Source of the DNA: Bugula neritina
Lineage: Eukaryota > Animalia > Bryozoa
DNA length: 64,000 nucleotides
Reading direction: 5' to 3'
NCBI GenBank assembly: GCA_964035545.1
Contig: OZ037767.1
Location: forward strand, 30,644,628-30,708,627
In this document: positions 23,430 through 36,990 of the stretch, piece after piece
Layout of the letters: every line of letters begins with the position of its first letter
Position numbering within the stretch: position 1 is the stretch's first letter
The notes under the pieces: model-generated
The model's input: the letters and a program-made list of their open reading frames with translations, nothing else
Databases searched by the model: none
What the model was told of the DNA's origin: nothing
Made by a program: the position numbers and the translations under genes

Positions 23430-23610
23430 AGAGAGAGGGGGGAGATAGTAAGAGAGAGGGGGGAGATAATAGGAGAGAGAGGATGAGACAGTAAGAGAGA
23501 GAGAGGGGAAGGTAATAAGAGAGAGGGGGAAGATAGTATGAGAGATGAGAGAGAGGGTAGTAGAAGAAAGAGGGTAGTATGAGAGAGATAAGGGAAAGAG
23601 GGGAGGACGA
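23430..23610 (+). repeat. Purine-rich GA tract
   Basis: agagagagggggggagatagtaag-like units just upstream of the first DAGL coding exon. Confidence 0.8.
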
Positions 23611-23705
23611 GATACTAAGCACTGTTGATTTGAAAATTAATTCAATTACTTTCTGTAAATAACAACAAGTTGTCTGGTAGGTTTGACTGAGGGGACGCGG
23701 CTGCA

Positions 23706-26700
23706 ATGCCTGGACTAGTTGTCTTCAACCGCAGATGGTCCATAGGCTCTGATGACCTGCCAGTTCCTGCTATGATTCTGGTTTTCCTCAACTCTGTGTG
23801 GTGAGTCACTCTCAACTCAATGTGAATTATTACTTTGCAGTGCAGTAACTTCCTTGCAGTGTAATAATATATGGGAGTGTAGTAATATATTGCAGTGTAG
23901 TAATACATTGCAGTGTAGTAATATATTGCAGTGTAGTAATACATTGCAGTGTAGTAATATATGTAGTAATATCTTGCTTAGCAGGACTAATGTGTACTCA
24001 CTTATAGAATTATACACAGTAAGTCCCTTGGGCGCTCTACCACTTATATTATATTCAGTTAGTTTGTATCAAATCTTCTCTCTACTTTCCATTAGATTTG
24101 CACCTCAATCATCTCACAGATCAATACTTATAGGCCACTCGAGTGCAACTCTTAGAGATGGTTTGCCTCTTCAGACTGTTGTTGTAGCTTTATTAGTGTT
24201 TACACAGATGTAATCACCGGCTTTCCATGTACCGATCTCAGCGAGATCGATCCATGGAAAGATGTCAAAGATCGATCTCAGTCGTTCTGAGCTGGTCGGT
24301 CTGTAGAGCTCGAACTCAGATCGATCTCAGTGAGATCGATCCATGGAAAGACTCCAGATCGATCTGAGAAGTAGAAAAAGACTGTTCGCTAAAATGTTGT
24401 CTGCTGATAAAAATGACAACTTATTGATAATTACTAAGCAAATTACTTAATAATTACGATAGCCACATTTTCAGATGCCAAAACTTTGACTTTCAGTACT
24501 ATGATTAAAAAAACTCAATTATATAAAATTATAGTCCATAGAAATTACAAAAAATTGGAGCATTTAAATTGAATTTAAATGACTAGTAAAACTTACTTTC
24601 ATTAGTTATTTGCTGCGTAATTTCAAGCTTAACAATCTTGTAAGTTTATGAATAATCTGCAAGATAGCTATTAATTTTATTTAAGCTGTTGAGCTAAAAA
24701 ATTAAAAGTGATTATCTTAAATTGGCTATATTACTTTACACTAAAAGCTTTGTTGCGTATTGTTTACAAGCACCATTAATTTTTAGACATCAACAATCTT
24801 GTTTTTTAACCTCAGCAGCTTTAATCATCCAGATTTGTGAACAAATTATACTATTAAAGTACTCTTCACTTAAGAGGAGGCAACTCCGTGAGATCGATCT
24901 GACACTTCTCATGGAAAAACGATCGATCTGAGAGGTATGCTCAGATCGATCTCAGCGAGATCGATCTGAGATCGGTACATGGAAAGCCGGTGAATATTCA
25001 CTCTGACTCTTTCTCTGTAATGCCTGAAGGCTCTCTGAGTCTATCACTGGATTTGTAGCTGCCAGTTTTTCAGTTCCAGTCAATATCTAAAATTTGCGTT
25101 TTTGGTTTTGAAAATTCAAAAATTTGTCTTTTGTAAATTTTTTTTTATCTCTGAAACTTGTGAAATGAGCTCTACATTTTGAATAGAGCAGGTTAGCTGA
25201 TGCTGTGTTCAAGGGAGATAACTACAATAACATGTTGTCAACTCTAATTATTGGTTAGATTTAAAATATCTGCATATCAGCCCACATCTCAGCATGGAAG
25301 ATCTTTTAATAAACAGAACTCATGGGATCAGTTGATACTCATGTGGTGCCAGTCTTGTACATGCTGTTGATTATGCAATACTGGAGCTTATCTGCTGATA
25401 TCACTAGTTTAAATTTTATACTGGATAGATTTTATGCTCTTTCACTCATTTCACCCTCTAATACTTCTGAGAAATATAAATGCTGTTATTAGCTGCGATG
25501 TTATCATTATTGATTCACCTCAAACTGTCCTTCTTAGAGTAAAGAAATCTGTTATGATAATATAGTCTGGCAGAACTAGTAAATACTAATGGCTGTTGAA
25601 ATTTTTTTATTATTTTTATGGCCTAAATTTTATAGAAAAAAACTTTTTAACATGTAAAGCACTTGAAATTGCTTTGCCGTGCATTATGTTCACAATATAT
25701 CTTTATATGCTATATGTGTTAGTATATATGATATAATATACATTGTGTTACTATATATTATTATATGCTCCAGGGTTATAGCCTTAGTCTCCATGGTAAT
25801 AGAAGTACACATGACAGACGGGTGGAGAGGGGATTGCTCCGGGGGTTTCCTATGGTACCCAATCATGACAATAGGTCTACTAGCTCTCCTCACTGTAAAT
25901 GATGTCTTTATAGCCGTTCAGAGTGCTAAGGGCGGAGTTTTTGATAAAAAGGCCCGACACAATATCCCTGTGCTGCTTTATATACGTACAGGTAAGTTTA
26001 TATATATACAGGTGAGTTTAGATATGCGTACAGGTGAGTTTATATACGTACAGGTAAAAAGTAAAAATCTGTTTTCAATTTAAATAGTGTTGAGTTTATC
26101 TAAATAAGCAGAAAATTTAATAATTTTGCACTTATACCGAGAGTCTACTTGTTGTATCTGTAAATTTAATTAGTAATCGTCTCACTTGTAATGAGAAATT
26201 GTATTCCCCTGTAACTCTCTCGTACTGATTGTAGCTTTGCTAGTCGTGGAAACCGTCTGGGCATGCTCAGGGTGTGTGCTGCTTAATTGGAAGCTGAGAA
26301 CAGGTCAGTGCGACAGCTCGGACCTCGTCTACACCCTCCTCTGTGGTGAGTATATATTAGTAGCTCTACTAACTCAGCTGTAGTATATACTAGTACCTCT
26401 ACTAACTCAGCTGTAGTATATACTAGTACCTCTACTAACTCACCTGTAGTATATACTAGTACCTCTACTAACTCAGCTGTAGTATATACTAGTACCTCTA
26501 CTAACTCACCTGTAGTATACACTAGTACCTGTACTAACTCACCTGTAGTATATACTAGTACCTCTACTAACTCACCTGTAGTATATACTAGTACCTCTAC
26601 TAACTCAGCTGTAGTATATACTAGTACCTCTACTAACTCACCTGTAGTATATACTAGTACCTCTACTAACTCAGCTGTAGTATATACTAGTACCTCTACT

Positions 26701-29700
26701 AACTCACCTGTAGTATACACTAGTACCTGTACTGACTCACCTGTAGTATATACTAGTACCTCTACTAACTCACCTGTAGTATATACTAGTACCTCTACTA
26801 ACTCACCTGTAGTATATACTAGTATCTCTACTTGATGCTCAAAAGAATAGGAAAAGCTGATGAACGTTTAAATCGTCCCAAATTGTCCGCACAAAATTGC
26901 CACTTTTTCTTGTCTGTGGCGAGTGCGAAGTCCATCTAATGTGGCGACACGCTAACCATTTGTGCTAACCATTTGCAGTGGTTGTGGGGAGTAACATGGT
27001 GGTGATATTCTTCACTCTACTAACTGTCTACATGTGCTTTGACTCAGCTGGAAGAACTTTCACAAAGTTCCAGAATCTTCAGCAGAACTCAGCTGATAAT
27101 TCTACGAGCAGCGAACCAACCCTGAGGTTCGTAGTCTAACCTTTAACCTCTGTTGTCTAAGTTACCTTTTGTCATCTAAACTTAGTGTGTCTGTCCTTGA
27201 ACTTCTAATATTGCTAATAATAATAGTAATAAATAAATATAGTTTAGAAAGTCCTATATGATTATATTTTATTCAAACTGCAAAATGTTTTATTACATTT
27301 AATTCTATATGAAAGCTATTTAGTTGTTTGTAAACTAATTTATAAAGTTATCCATAGTTTTAAAACTGTAGCTATAAGTTGTTATTGAAATGGAGTTATG
27401 AACTCTTGTGTGGTCTAATTTTTACTCAAAAGACACAAAGTCCGTCCACACTTTAATGTTTCTGTGGAACATACTGCTGTTGCTATAAAGCCAGTCACGG
27501 CATCTTTCTTTCTGTGATGAAAGCCGATCTGTAATTGGCTCTCTGCCCATGGCTTTTCAGTTGCCTTGAAAGACTGCGTATAATTTAATTACAAAATATT
27601 CTTAATACAACTCAAACCTTTAATACATTTAAATATATTTTGAAAATTAAAGTTAATTGTAGGTAGCTTTACCTTTATGTTCTCTGTACACTGATATACC
27701 TTGTTACGTTATGTTGGCCATTGCAGTGTTGAGACTCGACAAGAGATACTGTCTAGGTAAATGCATCTGAAAATTAGCTCTTTTCATCTCCTAGATTCTT
27801 CCTGATTTGTTTCACCCTGAGACCTTCTCAATAGAGGTTTTGAACCCACCCTTCTCAATAGGACTTCTTGTTCCACCCTTCTCAATAGGGGTTTTGAATC
27901 CACCCTTCTCAATAGGGGTTCTGAATCCACTCTTCTTAATAGGGGTTCTAACTCCACCTCTTTTACATAAGGAAGATATAATGTTACTATACTGAATGCT
28001 AGCTTTAACTCTTAATTATATGCATATCACTTCTACTGTACACTCTCTTCATGTAAACCCAGGTAATACCAGTTCCTATCACTTTTCTAATATTCTGAAG
28101 TGGCCACTGCATTCATATTAACACCAACTCTTGCCCACTATGAAATGTATTATTAACGTTTCCATGGTAGCGCCATAGTGGTTTGCTGTGCACACAAAAT
28201 GTTATAATTATGAGTGATTATGTGTTTTTGAGTAGTTGTCTTCTTTATAGCACACTAAATGCGTGTACTCTGTGTGACTGTACACTTCTGCACCCGTAGT
28301 GAATACTACTAATACAATACAATATATTTGCTCCGCTACTAATACAGGACGTATATGGATAATAGTGTACCTGTTGTCAACATGTGAATCTACATTGCAT
28401 TCCTATCTCTTCAAATCTGCAAATTTGAGCTTTTCTGATTCATTTATTTCATGATCACTTGTTATTTTAATACGTTTTTCCACAATATGGCAGCTATTAA
28501 CCTGATAGAAGATTTAGTTCAGAATACAACCTGAGATCTAACAGACATACTAGCTAGTCTATGGGGTGGGGAGGGGTGCCCCCTTATTGCTACCTCTATG
28601 CTATGTTTGCACGAACTACTGTGGAATATTTGGTTACGCAACATATCAGTATTCCACCCACTCTCGTGCTAACTGATTTGCCGTGTTTACAGGAAGTTGA
28701 GAGACTTGCATGAGGAAAAGTGGACTAGCAGAGTGACTGCGGGCTTCTGCTGCGCCTCCCTCAGAAAACCCAGTGATGTTAGTAGACATAATCAGTGTGA
28801 TTTCTATGACATCATAGAATGTTCTAGAAGCAAGTTAACGCTTGTCTTCATGAAAAGAAAGAAGACAATTATCAGTTTTTTGTGAACGAATAATTAATAG
28901 TGAAAACTTTATATACACTTTATATTTTAAACCTCCCAGGTTAAAGAAACTTTACTTCTGCCAAGTTATTCATGTGGCGGCTGTGAGCAAGTGCCCTTTG
29001 ACATCATTAGTATGGCCTATTCATGCTTCCCAGACTTTTGTCAAGAATCTCTGGCTATCCCACTTTAAACTATCAAGACCTTGGGTGTATTATTATACTA
29101 GCCTCTACTGTTAGAGCTGCTATGTCGTGTTTTGTGTATTTAGAAAGCTGTGTTCAACAAGATCGCTATCCTATTGGCCGACTACTTTGATAACCTGGAT
29201 GTAGTTTTATCGGACTTCATTGCCGGAATGTTCCTTCTACGAAAGCAACAGAAGTCAGTGCACGCTGACACTGTGCAGCAGGTATTTGATTATTTGTCTC
29301 GCAGTGTTCTATTGGTTAACTGTAGCTGTAGCATGATACTATTGGTCAACTGTAGCTGTAATGTAATGCTATTGGTCAACTGTTATTGCAGCCGACGAAT
29401 GACATTTACCAGTATCTATCGGGGATGGCCATTTCACCTCGCACTAAATTCTTGACTCTAAAAGACGAGAACATGCAGAGTGAGTTCACCTGCATGTTGC
29501 ACTTTGCCGAATACGCTCTCGCTGCCTACGGTTACCAGGGACAGTACTTTTTCTATCCAGCTAAGGCGTGCTGCCGAATCAATATATGTGGGAGGTATGC
29601 TGCCTATTCTACTACGTAGTAAAATGGAGGAGAATATAGATAGGAGAAGCAGATATTAGCAGTTCAACTAAGTTTACATTCTTCAACACTTAGTGATTTG

Positions 29701-32700
29701 TGATTCATAATTTCTGCACATTTCCCCTGATATTTCAAATTTTAAAACTTTGTTTTCTATGTATGTTGAGATCTTTGGCTCATTTAAGCAGTTTACAATT
29801 ATGCTTGGAATTTTGTTCTGATTATTCAAGTTTATTCATCTGAATTTTAGTGCAACTTCTAATGCATCAACAGACTGAAAGTTGTTAATATCACAATTAC
29901 ATGTAACATTCTTACTGTAAGGTTTTGGAGTTATGCTCTTTTACGAAAGTTGCAGTATACAGAGTTGAATCGCGGTATTATTACTCTGTTGAAAGGTGCA
30001 GGGGCTGTCCTAGCAGACAAGATGAAAGGGTATTAGTTGGTGACAACTGCTGCCAGTGTCAGTATGCTGCCATAACCACCTGCTCACCTCTGTCTTCTGA
30101 AGATGACTTTATTTACGGAAATTATGAGAACAAGGTGAGATGATGTAATCTGTAAGCAATAACTAGACGTGGACGTATGTTTTTGAGGTTTTGGTAGCAA
30201 TTGTTTAAATTCGATAGCAGGCAGTATAAAACTCTAAGAAAGTTATATGATGAGATTTCTTTATCTGAAGCTTATTAACTCTGTAACTTCGGGTTACTCT
30301 GTATTATATATCTCACGTGTGACACCCTGTACTATATATATCTTGCGTGTGACACCCTGTACTGTATATATCTTACGTGTGACACCCTGTACTGTATATA
30401 TCTTACGTGTGACACCCTGTACTGTATATATCTTACGTGTGACACCCTGTATTATATATAACTCACGTGTGACACCCTGTACTATATATATCTTACGTGT
30501 GACACCCTGTACTATATATATCTCACGTGTGACACCCTGTACTGTATATATCTTACGTGTGACACCCTGTACTATATATATCTCACGTGTGACACCCTGT
30601 ACTATATATATCTTACGTGTGACACCCTGTACTGTACATATCTTACGTATGACACCCTGTACTGTATATATCTCACGTGTGACACCCTGTACTATACATA
30701 TCTCACGTGTGACACCCTGTACTATACATATATCTTACTTGTGACACCCTGTACTGTATATATCTTACGTGTGACACCCTGTACTATACATATCTCACGT
30801 GTGACACCCTGTACTGTATATATCTTACGTGTGACACCCTGTACTGTATATATCTTACATGTGACACCCTGTACTATATATATCTTACGTGTGACACCCT
30901 GTACTATACATATCTTACGTGTGACACCCTGTACTATAAATATCTTACGTGTGACACCCTGTACTGTATATATCTTACGTGTGACACCCTGTACTATATA
31001 TAACTTACGTGTGACACCCTCTACTATATATATCTTACATGTGACACCCTGTACTATATATTTTACAGCCGAATTTCCCGAGTTACTTTGTGTGTTTGGA
31101 TCACACATACAAGAAAGTGGTGCTGTGTATTAGAGGGACTCTTTCAATACGAGACGCACTAATAGATCTCCAGGGGGACAGCACAAAGCTAGATGACATC
31201 CACCCCTCGTGGAAGGGGCACAGAGTAAGTTTATCACTTCTGAAAGCTTTTTCTTTCTTTGAATGAAAAATGAATCTTTTCTACTAGAGGCTGATACTTG
31301 GGATGGATTTCAAGTGTTGATGCTGTATTTAAGGTTGTGATGGAGATTGATTTCATTCTTCACTCTTCAACTTCAATGTTACGTGACTTAAGTAGATTAA
31401 TCATTGAGCTCTCCAGTTGATTTGACATTATAGTTTAGATCTCCATGCAGCTAGTAGTTTATATCCCTGCTACTCTCTCTTTACAAACTGGTTGCTGCCT
31501 CATAGAGGATGTTGCTGTCTATGTTTCAGGGAATGGTTGCTGCCGCTGATAACATATTCGCAGAGCTGACAGAGCACCAGGTGCTGGAGTCAGCATTTGA
31601 CAGGTGTCCGGTATGTTGTGCCTAAATAGAAAAAAGTTTATTACTTTTTCTCGAATATAAAGTGACAAAAAGTTTCTGGAGTTATTGTGAGAGTTTCACA
31701 CAAATCTCTTTGATTTTTCTTCAAGAGTTGTTTGCAAGTCTTGGAGTTGTTTGATCTGTGGAGCTGGTTGCTCACTGCAGGTGAAGTTTTGTTCCCCTCT
31801 CTAGTGTTGTATTTCTTTTATATTCAGACCAGCGGCTACAGTCTTCTAGTCACCGGTCACTCTCTCGGAGCTGGCGTCGCGCCCATTATTTCCTTCCGAT
31901 TGCGGGAGAAATACCCTCATTTATACTGCTATGCCTTTTCTCCACCAGGGGGCCTCCTAAGGTGAGTCTATATTTAAAAAATGCAAATGAAAGGATTTCT
32001 AGCATGTCTTAGTAACTCTTTAATTTCTCTTTCACATACTGTATGTACATTGATAAATATTAATTCGTAATAGGAGTTGTATGCTCATTATATAATTTGT
32101 ATTGTACTGCTACATACCAGCACTACGAGTTTTATCTTGTAGCCTCGATGCAATGAATGAAAGTAGAGAGTTTACCACGTCTATTGTCGTAGGTAAAGAT
32201 ATTATTCCTCGACTGGGGCTGCCTCAACTCGAATATTTCCGTTCAGATATACTCTCCCTTTTAGAGAATTCTTCTACGCCTAAGGTATTCCCAATGTATT
32301 CCTTCAGGTATTCCCTAAGGTATTCCCCAATGTATTCCCTATGGTATTCCCCAATGTATTCCCTAAGGTTTTCCCAAGGTATTCCCATGTACCGTAGTGT
32401 CCTCATGCTACACTAGCATTTGTTGCTCTTTTGTGCACTATTTCGTAGTAGTTGTTGGTATCTTTAAAATGAACACATTTTGTACAGTATTGCTATTTAT
32501 TCTCTGCACCGTATTTCTTATTAAAAGTTAGTAGGTTGACTATTGCTTAGCACAGTTCTACTTACTGTCTTGCTATTGTGAACTCACAATAATATAAACT
32601 TTAGCTGTCATACTCCGTTAGGCTCTGTCACACTCTCTCACACTCTGCCATACTCTGTCATACTATGTCATACCTTGTTATACTGTGTGTTATACTCTGT

Positions 32701-35700
32701 CAAATCAAACTTGTAGTGGCGTATATTCACATCGACTCTACCCTTGCTGGGTCGCTGTCTGGAATACCAGAACACCGCTGACCTACCTGTCTCCAGGTCT
32801 CAGAACTACAGTTCATTCTTTACTCGGACTTTGAGCTTTACTCATGAACCCATGTTTATGCCTGGCAGAGTGCTGCATATCGTCAAGAATTACCCTAGAG
32901 GTAAATGCGTGTGAAAATTTTTAGTGTTTTAAATATTTTAACTGCAACGTAGTCTCATTGTGTCTTTGTTGGTCACGTCTATGATTGGGTGCAGCCCTTG
33001 TCAGTTTAAAGAGCTGCATCCAATCATATCCCAGTATAATTACTTGACCAATCAGAATGGATGGCATTACGCAGACCCTTCACTAAACACAAATGATATT
33101 TTATTCAAGTTTTTGCTTGTCTGTTGCTATCATGTAGTTCACTTGAAACACTCATTAAAACTTTGCCGTTCAATCAAGTTAAACACATATAAAGAATTCC
33201 TTGGAACCATAAATCTATTTATTATGTATTTTATTATCGTATTTATGTAGTAATATATCTATTTATTATATATTATTATATTTATGTAGTATTAACTATT
33301 ATATCTCTTTATTATATATTATCTAGATATTATCACATACTTATATCTGTAGAGAAGCCGAAAAGCAGTCCATTATACCAGGCAGTGTGGGCTGACAACA
33401 GCTCCTTTGACACCATTATTGTCTCCCCTAGCATGTTAGAAGATCATCTACCAAATAATGTCCTCGAAGCTATGCAAAAGGTAGGCTTCACCTGCTTCTG
33501 CCTATTAGATTACTATGTTGAGACCCTAAAATTATGTATAAATATAGGAAAGTACGCAAACTATTTATCTATTAAGTTATGTAATAGTAATGATATACTT
33601 GAATGGTGAGTCTCTTTAATGACATGTCAAGGGTTTGTTATATTGCAGCTGTTTTGTCTTACCCTTTCACATTAATAGGTTTTTATAGGGTACATAGTTC
33701 TGTGTTAGGCAGGCTTGCCTGATGTAGGTTTTCTAATGACGTCAAAAGTGTTTAATATTAATATACAATCATCTGACATTGCGTCATAGCTTTGTAGTCT
33801 ATTTTATTTTAAGGTAGGTCAGTTTGGATTATTTTATGATGAGTATAATATAATAACATGTTATTTTATATTATGCCATATTATATTATGTTATGTTGTA
33901 TTATATTAGTTTGATTTTGTCTGCAGGTTGTAGAAAATCACGGACCAAAGAAACCGGAGAAAATGTTATCTGAAGAAGAACGAAGAGCCACTCTACGGTG
34001 TGGAGATGGTGAAGTTATCTCCACGGGCACAGGTCTGTTTCATCTTGTTCGTACCCTCTTCTGCTTTTTTTATTGTTTGCTTTTAAGCTGTTTCAAAAGT
34101 TGAATAGTTGTAAATATTGCAGCTGTTTGTGTAGTTTTAATGCGTGAACAGAATATCAAAGAGAAAGCTGGAAAATAGCCACAATGTGTGTTATTTTATG
34201 CATAATTTTTTTCACCATTAATCCAGCATTTTCAGATAATATTGTGATAATCCTCATTAGCTAAAAGCTAGAGTTTCAGTTTTCAAAGTAGAAGAAAATA
34301 ACAAAATTCTAAAATTGACTTATATGTTTTGATTTCCTGAATCACTTGTCTTGAAAATTCATTTAAAAAAATAAACACGCTGTTATGCTCATACCTTAGT
34401 ATTACTAACTAATGGGGAGGAAACCCCCACTCGAGGCTTGACCTCTGAGCCCAAATTTAGTCATTTTACTGTTATTTTTCCCACTTGTAGCAGCTTTCAG
34501 TATTGTGGCTTTCTGTATGCTATAGAATTGTATTGTATCTTGCTTCTTTTCCGTATAGAGTCTGACAGGCTGATTTAAGGGTAATGTTGTGGTGGCAGCA
34601 AACAACGTCCCCAACTTCCTTTCGTGGGCTTTAGCTCACAAGCTATATTTATGTGCTGGTTTTATCTAACATTTCTAACTCTCATATCTCTATACCAATT
34701 TGCTCATTAACTCATGCTAATATACTGCGTAATATATATGTTATGTAATATGACACATAATATAATATGATCCAATACTTTTTGTTTTATACATAACATT
34801 CCTTTTAATATAACTTCTGTGGTAGTTCAGTGATGTGAGTGCAATTTTCGTCTTTCTAGCTAGTCAGGAATTTTTTATTTGTTATAAATTGTTTTATGAT
34901 TTTTAGATGTGCATATTAAACTCTAAATTATTTTTTCTCTAATATTTTGTTAATTATCTGATATTAGTTGTTCCGTGTGCCAAAGATGGCCAATTTTGAA
35001 CGAAACATTTTGTAATTATTTCTGTTACATATTTATGTTAAACATATTCATTGCTTGATGTTTGAAATATACTGTACATTGTGTTGGATAATACAATAAT
35101 ACCAATTGTAGTACAAGCTCATTGCAAAATAAGATTATCTGCTAAATTTTGCGGGAGTCAACACCCCCCCCCCACCCCCCTCCTGTTTGCCATATTGATG
35201 CAGTGGTGTAGCTTGTATTCTCACCCAATGACCTCTAATCGTATAGCTTGTATTCTCATCCAATGACCTCTAGTCATATAGCTTTTATTCTCACATAATA
35301 ACCTCTAGATCTTAGCTGGGAATACACGTGCCAAACAGAGGCTACAGTTGCTTTCGGCAACTCTATTGAAGAAGATTTCAAGTCCAACTCCCTACAGCTG
35401 TTACTAAATGAAGAGGCGAAACCTCCCACACAGTGGCTGTCTGCACCTTTAGCCTCTGAGGAGGATCTGTTATCAGTACAGCACAGTACGTACAGCATAT
35501 CTTCACAGAAAGGGTGAGAACTCAGTCTTAATTGTTGCTTGTAGAGTAGATAACACTTCCTGTGGGGGTTAATGTGCTCACTCAACTTTGGCGTTTCACT
35601 TTAAAGAGCTGAAACTGAAACATTGTTGGTTCTACTTAAATACGACTTGGAATCATTCTCTCTCAGACATTTTATATCTGAGAAAAAAAAGGATTTTTTT

Positions 35701-36990
35701 TTTTATTGGTAACTCGACTTATGAATTCCTTTGGTACAGTTCAGATTATTTAGCTTGTATGCCTCATTAAAAAGGGATGGGTGGAGATTTCTTTTATGTA
35801 GCAATAGTTTCAATTGCACAGGCTATATTTACCACTAAGCTATATGATATATAACATACTATGATAATAACTGTTACTGTTACCTTCTATTTGTTGAAGC
35901 TTTTCTGGTATAGAGTGTCGTCTGCACAGGTGAGCATTTCCTGTTTAATCGAGTCTCTTCTGGTCATAGAATGTTCAATCTGGCTATAACACTGTGTGTG
36001 TGAATGTTGTTGTAACTTACTGTCCTGTGTACACTTACTTTACAAGTGTGTACTTACTTTACAAGTGTGCTCTTGCTTTACAAGTACGTACTTACTTTAC
36101 AAGTTGGTACTTACTCTATCTGCTGTTTTACCTTGTTCCTTGTTTAGCCAGTGTTCTCTGTTCACTATGACTATTAACTACTCGCTCTGTGCTAAGATAG
36201 CTTAAGTCCTACTAAATAGAACCTTCAAGCTGTAACACCTGGTGTAAGACTGTCTGTCGCATGTTTCAGATTTCAGTGTTGCATGACCGGCAGTAACCTT
36301 GTTTGTTGCATGAGTTTTTAGTGGTCTGTCACGCAGTACGGGCCGTTGCATAGAGTCCTTCTTCCAGTAAAACAATCTGATGAATTCTACTAACTTCTAA
36401 TATCATTTTAAAAAGGTTAAAATTTACATTTGAAGGGTTTAAAAACTGCTTGTCTAACTTTTCAGTCTCTTGGAGTCAAACAACAGAACTCACCCTGCCC
36501 TGTCTCGCAGTAAATCAGCCTCAGAATGTGTAAGAACTCGAACTAATCAGGCGTGTAATCACACTCAAGGTGAAGGTCATGTCTGGTCACCACAGCAACC
36601 CAATCACAGGTACAGAGGCTAATTCGTTGTATAACACTATACTGTATATTATTCTTCTATATAATAGTGTTTTGTAAAATGACTGTTAATATTTTACAGT
36701 TCAGCAAGTGTGATCATTCCTCTAACTACCAGAACATCTGATGAAGCATACCAACTCTCATCATATCAACACAATCAACAGGTAGGTAAATGCTTCCCGT
36801 AATACTGGACCAAGTTCTGTGATACTTTAAATTAGTTTCTAGTAATCCGCTGTTGTTGTAGGAGGAGCTTATCAGTGACTCCGCCTACACAGGTCATTCA
36901 GCATCTTCCAACTATTCACACTCCAAGACTGATTCTCCCACAGACCCACAGTTACCTGTATCTTCCATTTCCTGCGTCACCTCATGCTAA
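23706..36990 (+). CDS. DAGLA: Diacylglycerol lipase (DAGL alpha/InaE-like), copy 2, complete; short isoform ~705 aa (stop 34578) and long isoform ~822 aa (stop 36990)
   Basis: Begins [23 protein letters not shown] (typical DAGL N-terminus). Exons: 23706-23800, 25774-25991, 26235-26345, 26979-27126, 27727-27756, 28693-28777, 29144-29281, 29392-29594, 29996-30134, 31069-31224, 31530-31610, 31828-31961, 32143-32284, 32717-32900, 33353-33480, 33927-34032. Then either 34559-34578, or 35914-35929, 36466-36609, 36700-36781, 36862-36990. All phases are compatible (2118 and 2469 nt). N-terminal hydrophobic segments plus the GHSLG/GKD/DHLP triad. Confidence 0.92.
23835..23970. repeat. 18-nt intronic minisatellite (tgcagtgtagtaatacat)
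   Basis: Tandem array just after the first coding-exon donor. Confidence 0.85.
24215..24992. mobile_element. Second copy of the CAC-terminated MITE, in a DAGL copy 2 intron
   Basis: TIRs caccggctttccatgtaccgatctcag / ctgagatcggtacatggaaagccggtg; 3-bp TSD aat (24212-24214, 24993-24995); homologous to 7779-8551 along its length. Confidence 0.9.
26350..26832. repeat. 33-nt intronic minisatellite (tagtatatactagtacctctactaactcacctg), ~14 copies
   Basis: Tandem array starting right after the donor at 26346. Confidence 0.95.
27812..27960. repeat. 27-nt minisatellite (cacccttctcaataggggttttgaatc), ~5 copies
   Basis: Only one unit at the paralogous position (~725-752). Confidence 0.85.
30300..31068 (+). 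repeat. 30-nt intronic minisatellite, ~25 copies (paralog of 3081-3448)
   Basis: Same unit as 3081-3448, ending at the acceptor. Confidence 0.95.
32280..32390 (+). repeat. 12-nt repeat of the splice donor (cctaaggtattc), ~9 copies
   Basis: ~4 copies at the paralogous site 5012-5060. Confidence 0.85.

Noticed and set aside
26350-26832. CRISPR-like appearance of regular arrays (also 41583-42030)
   Set aside because: Contiguous tandem units with no unique spacers, no cas genes, and a eukaryotic intron context.
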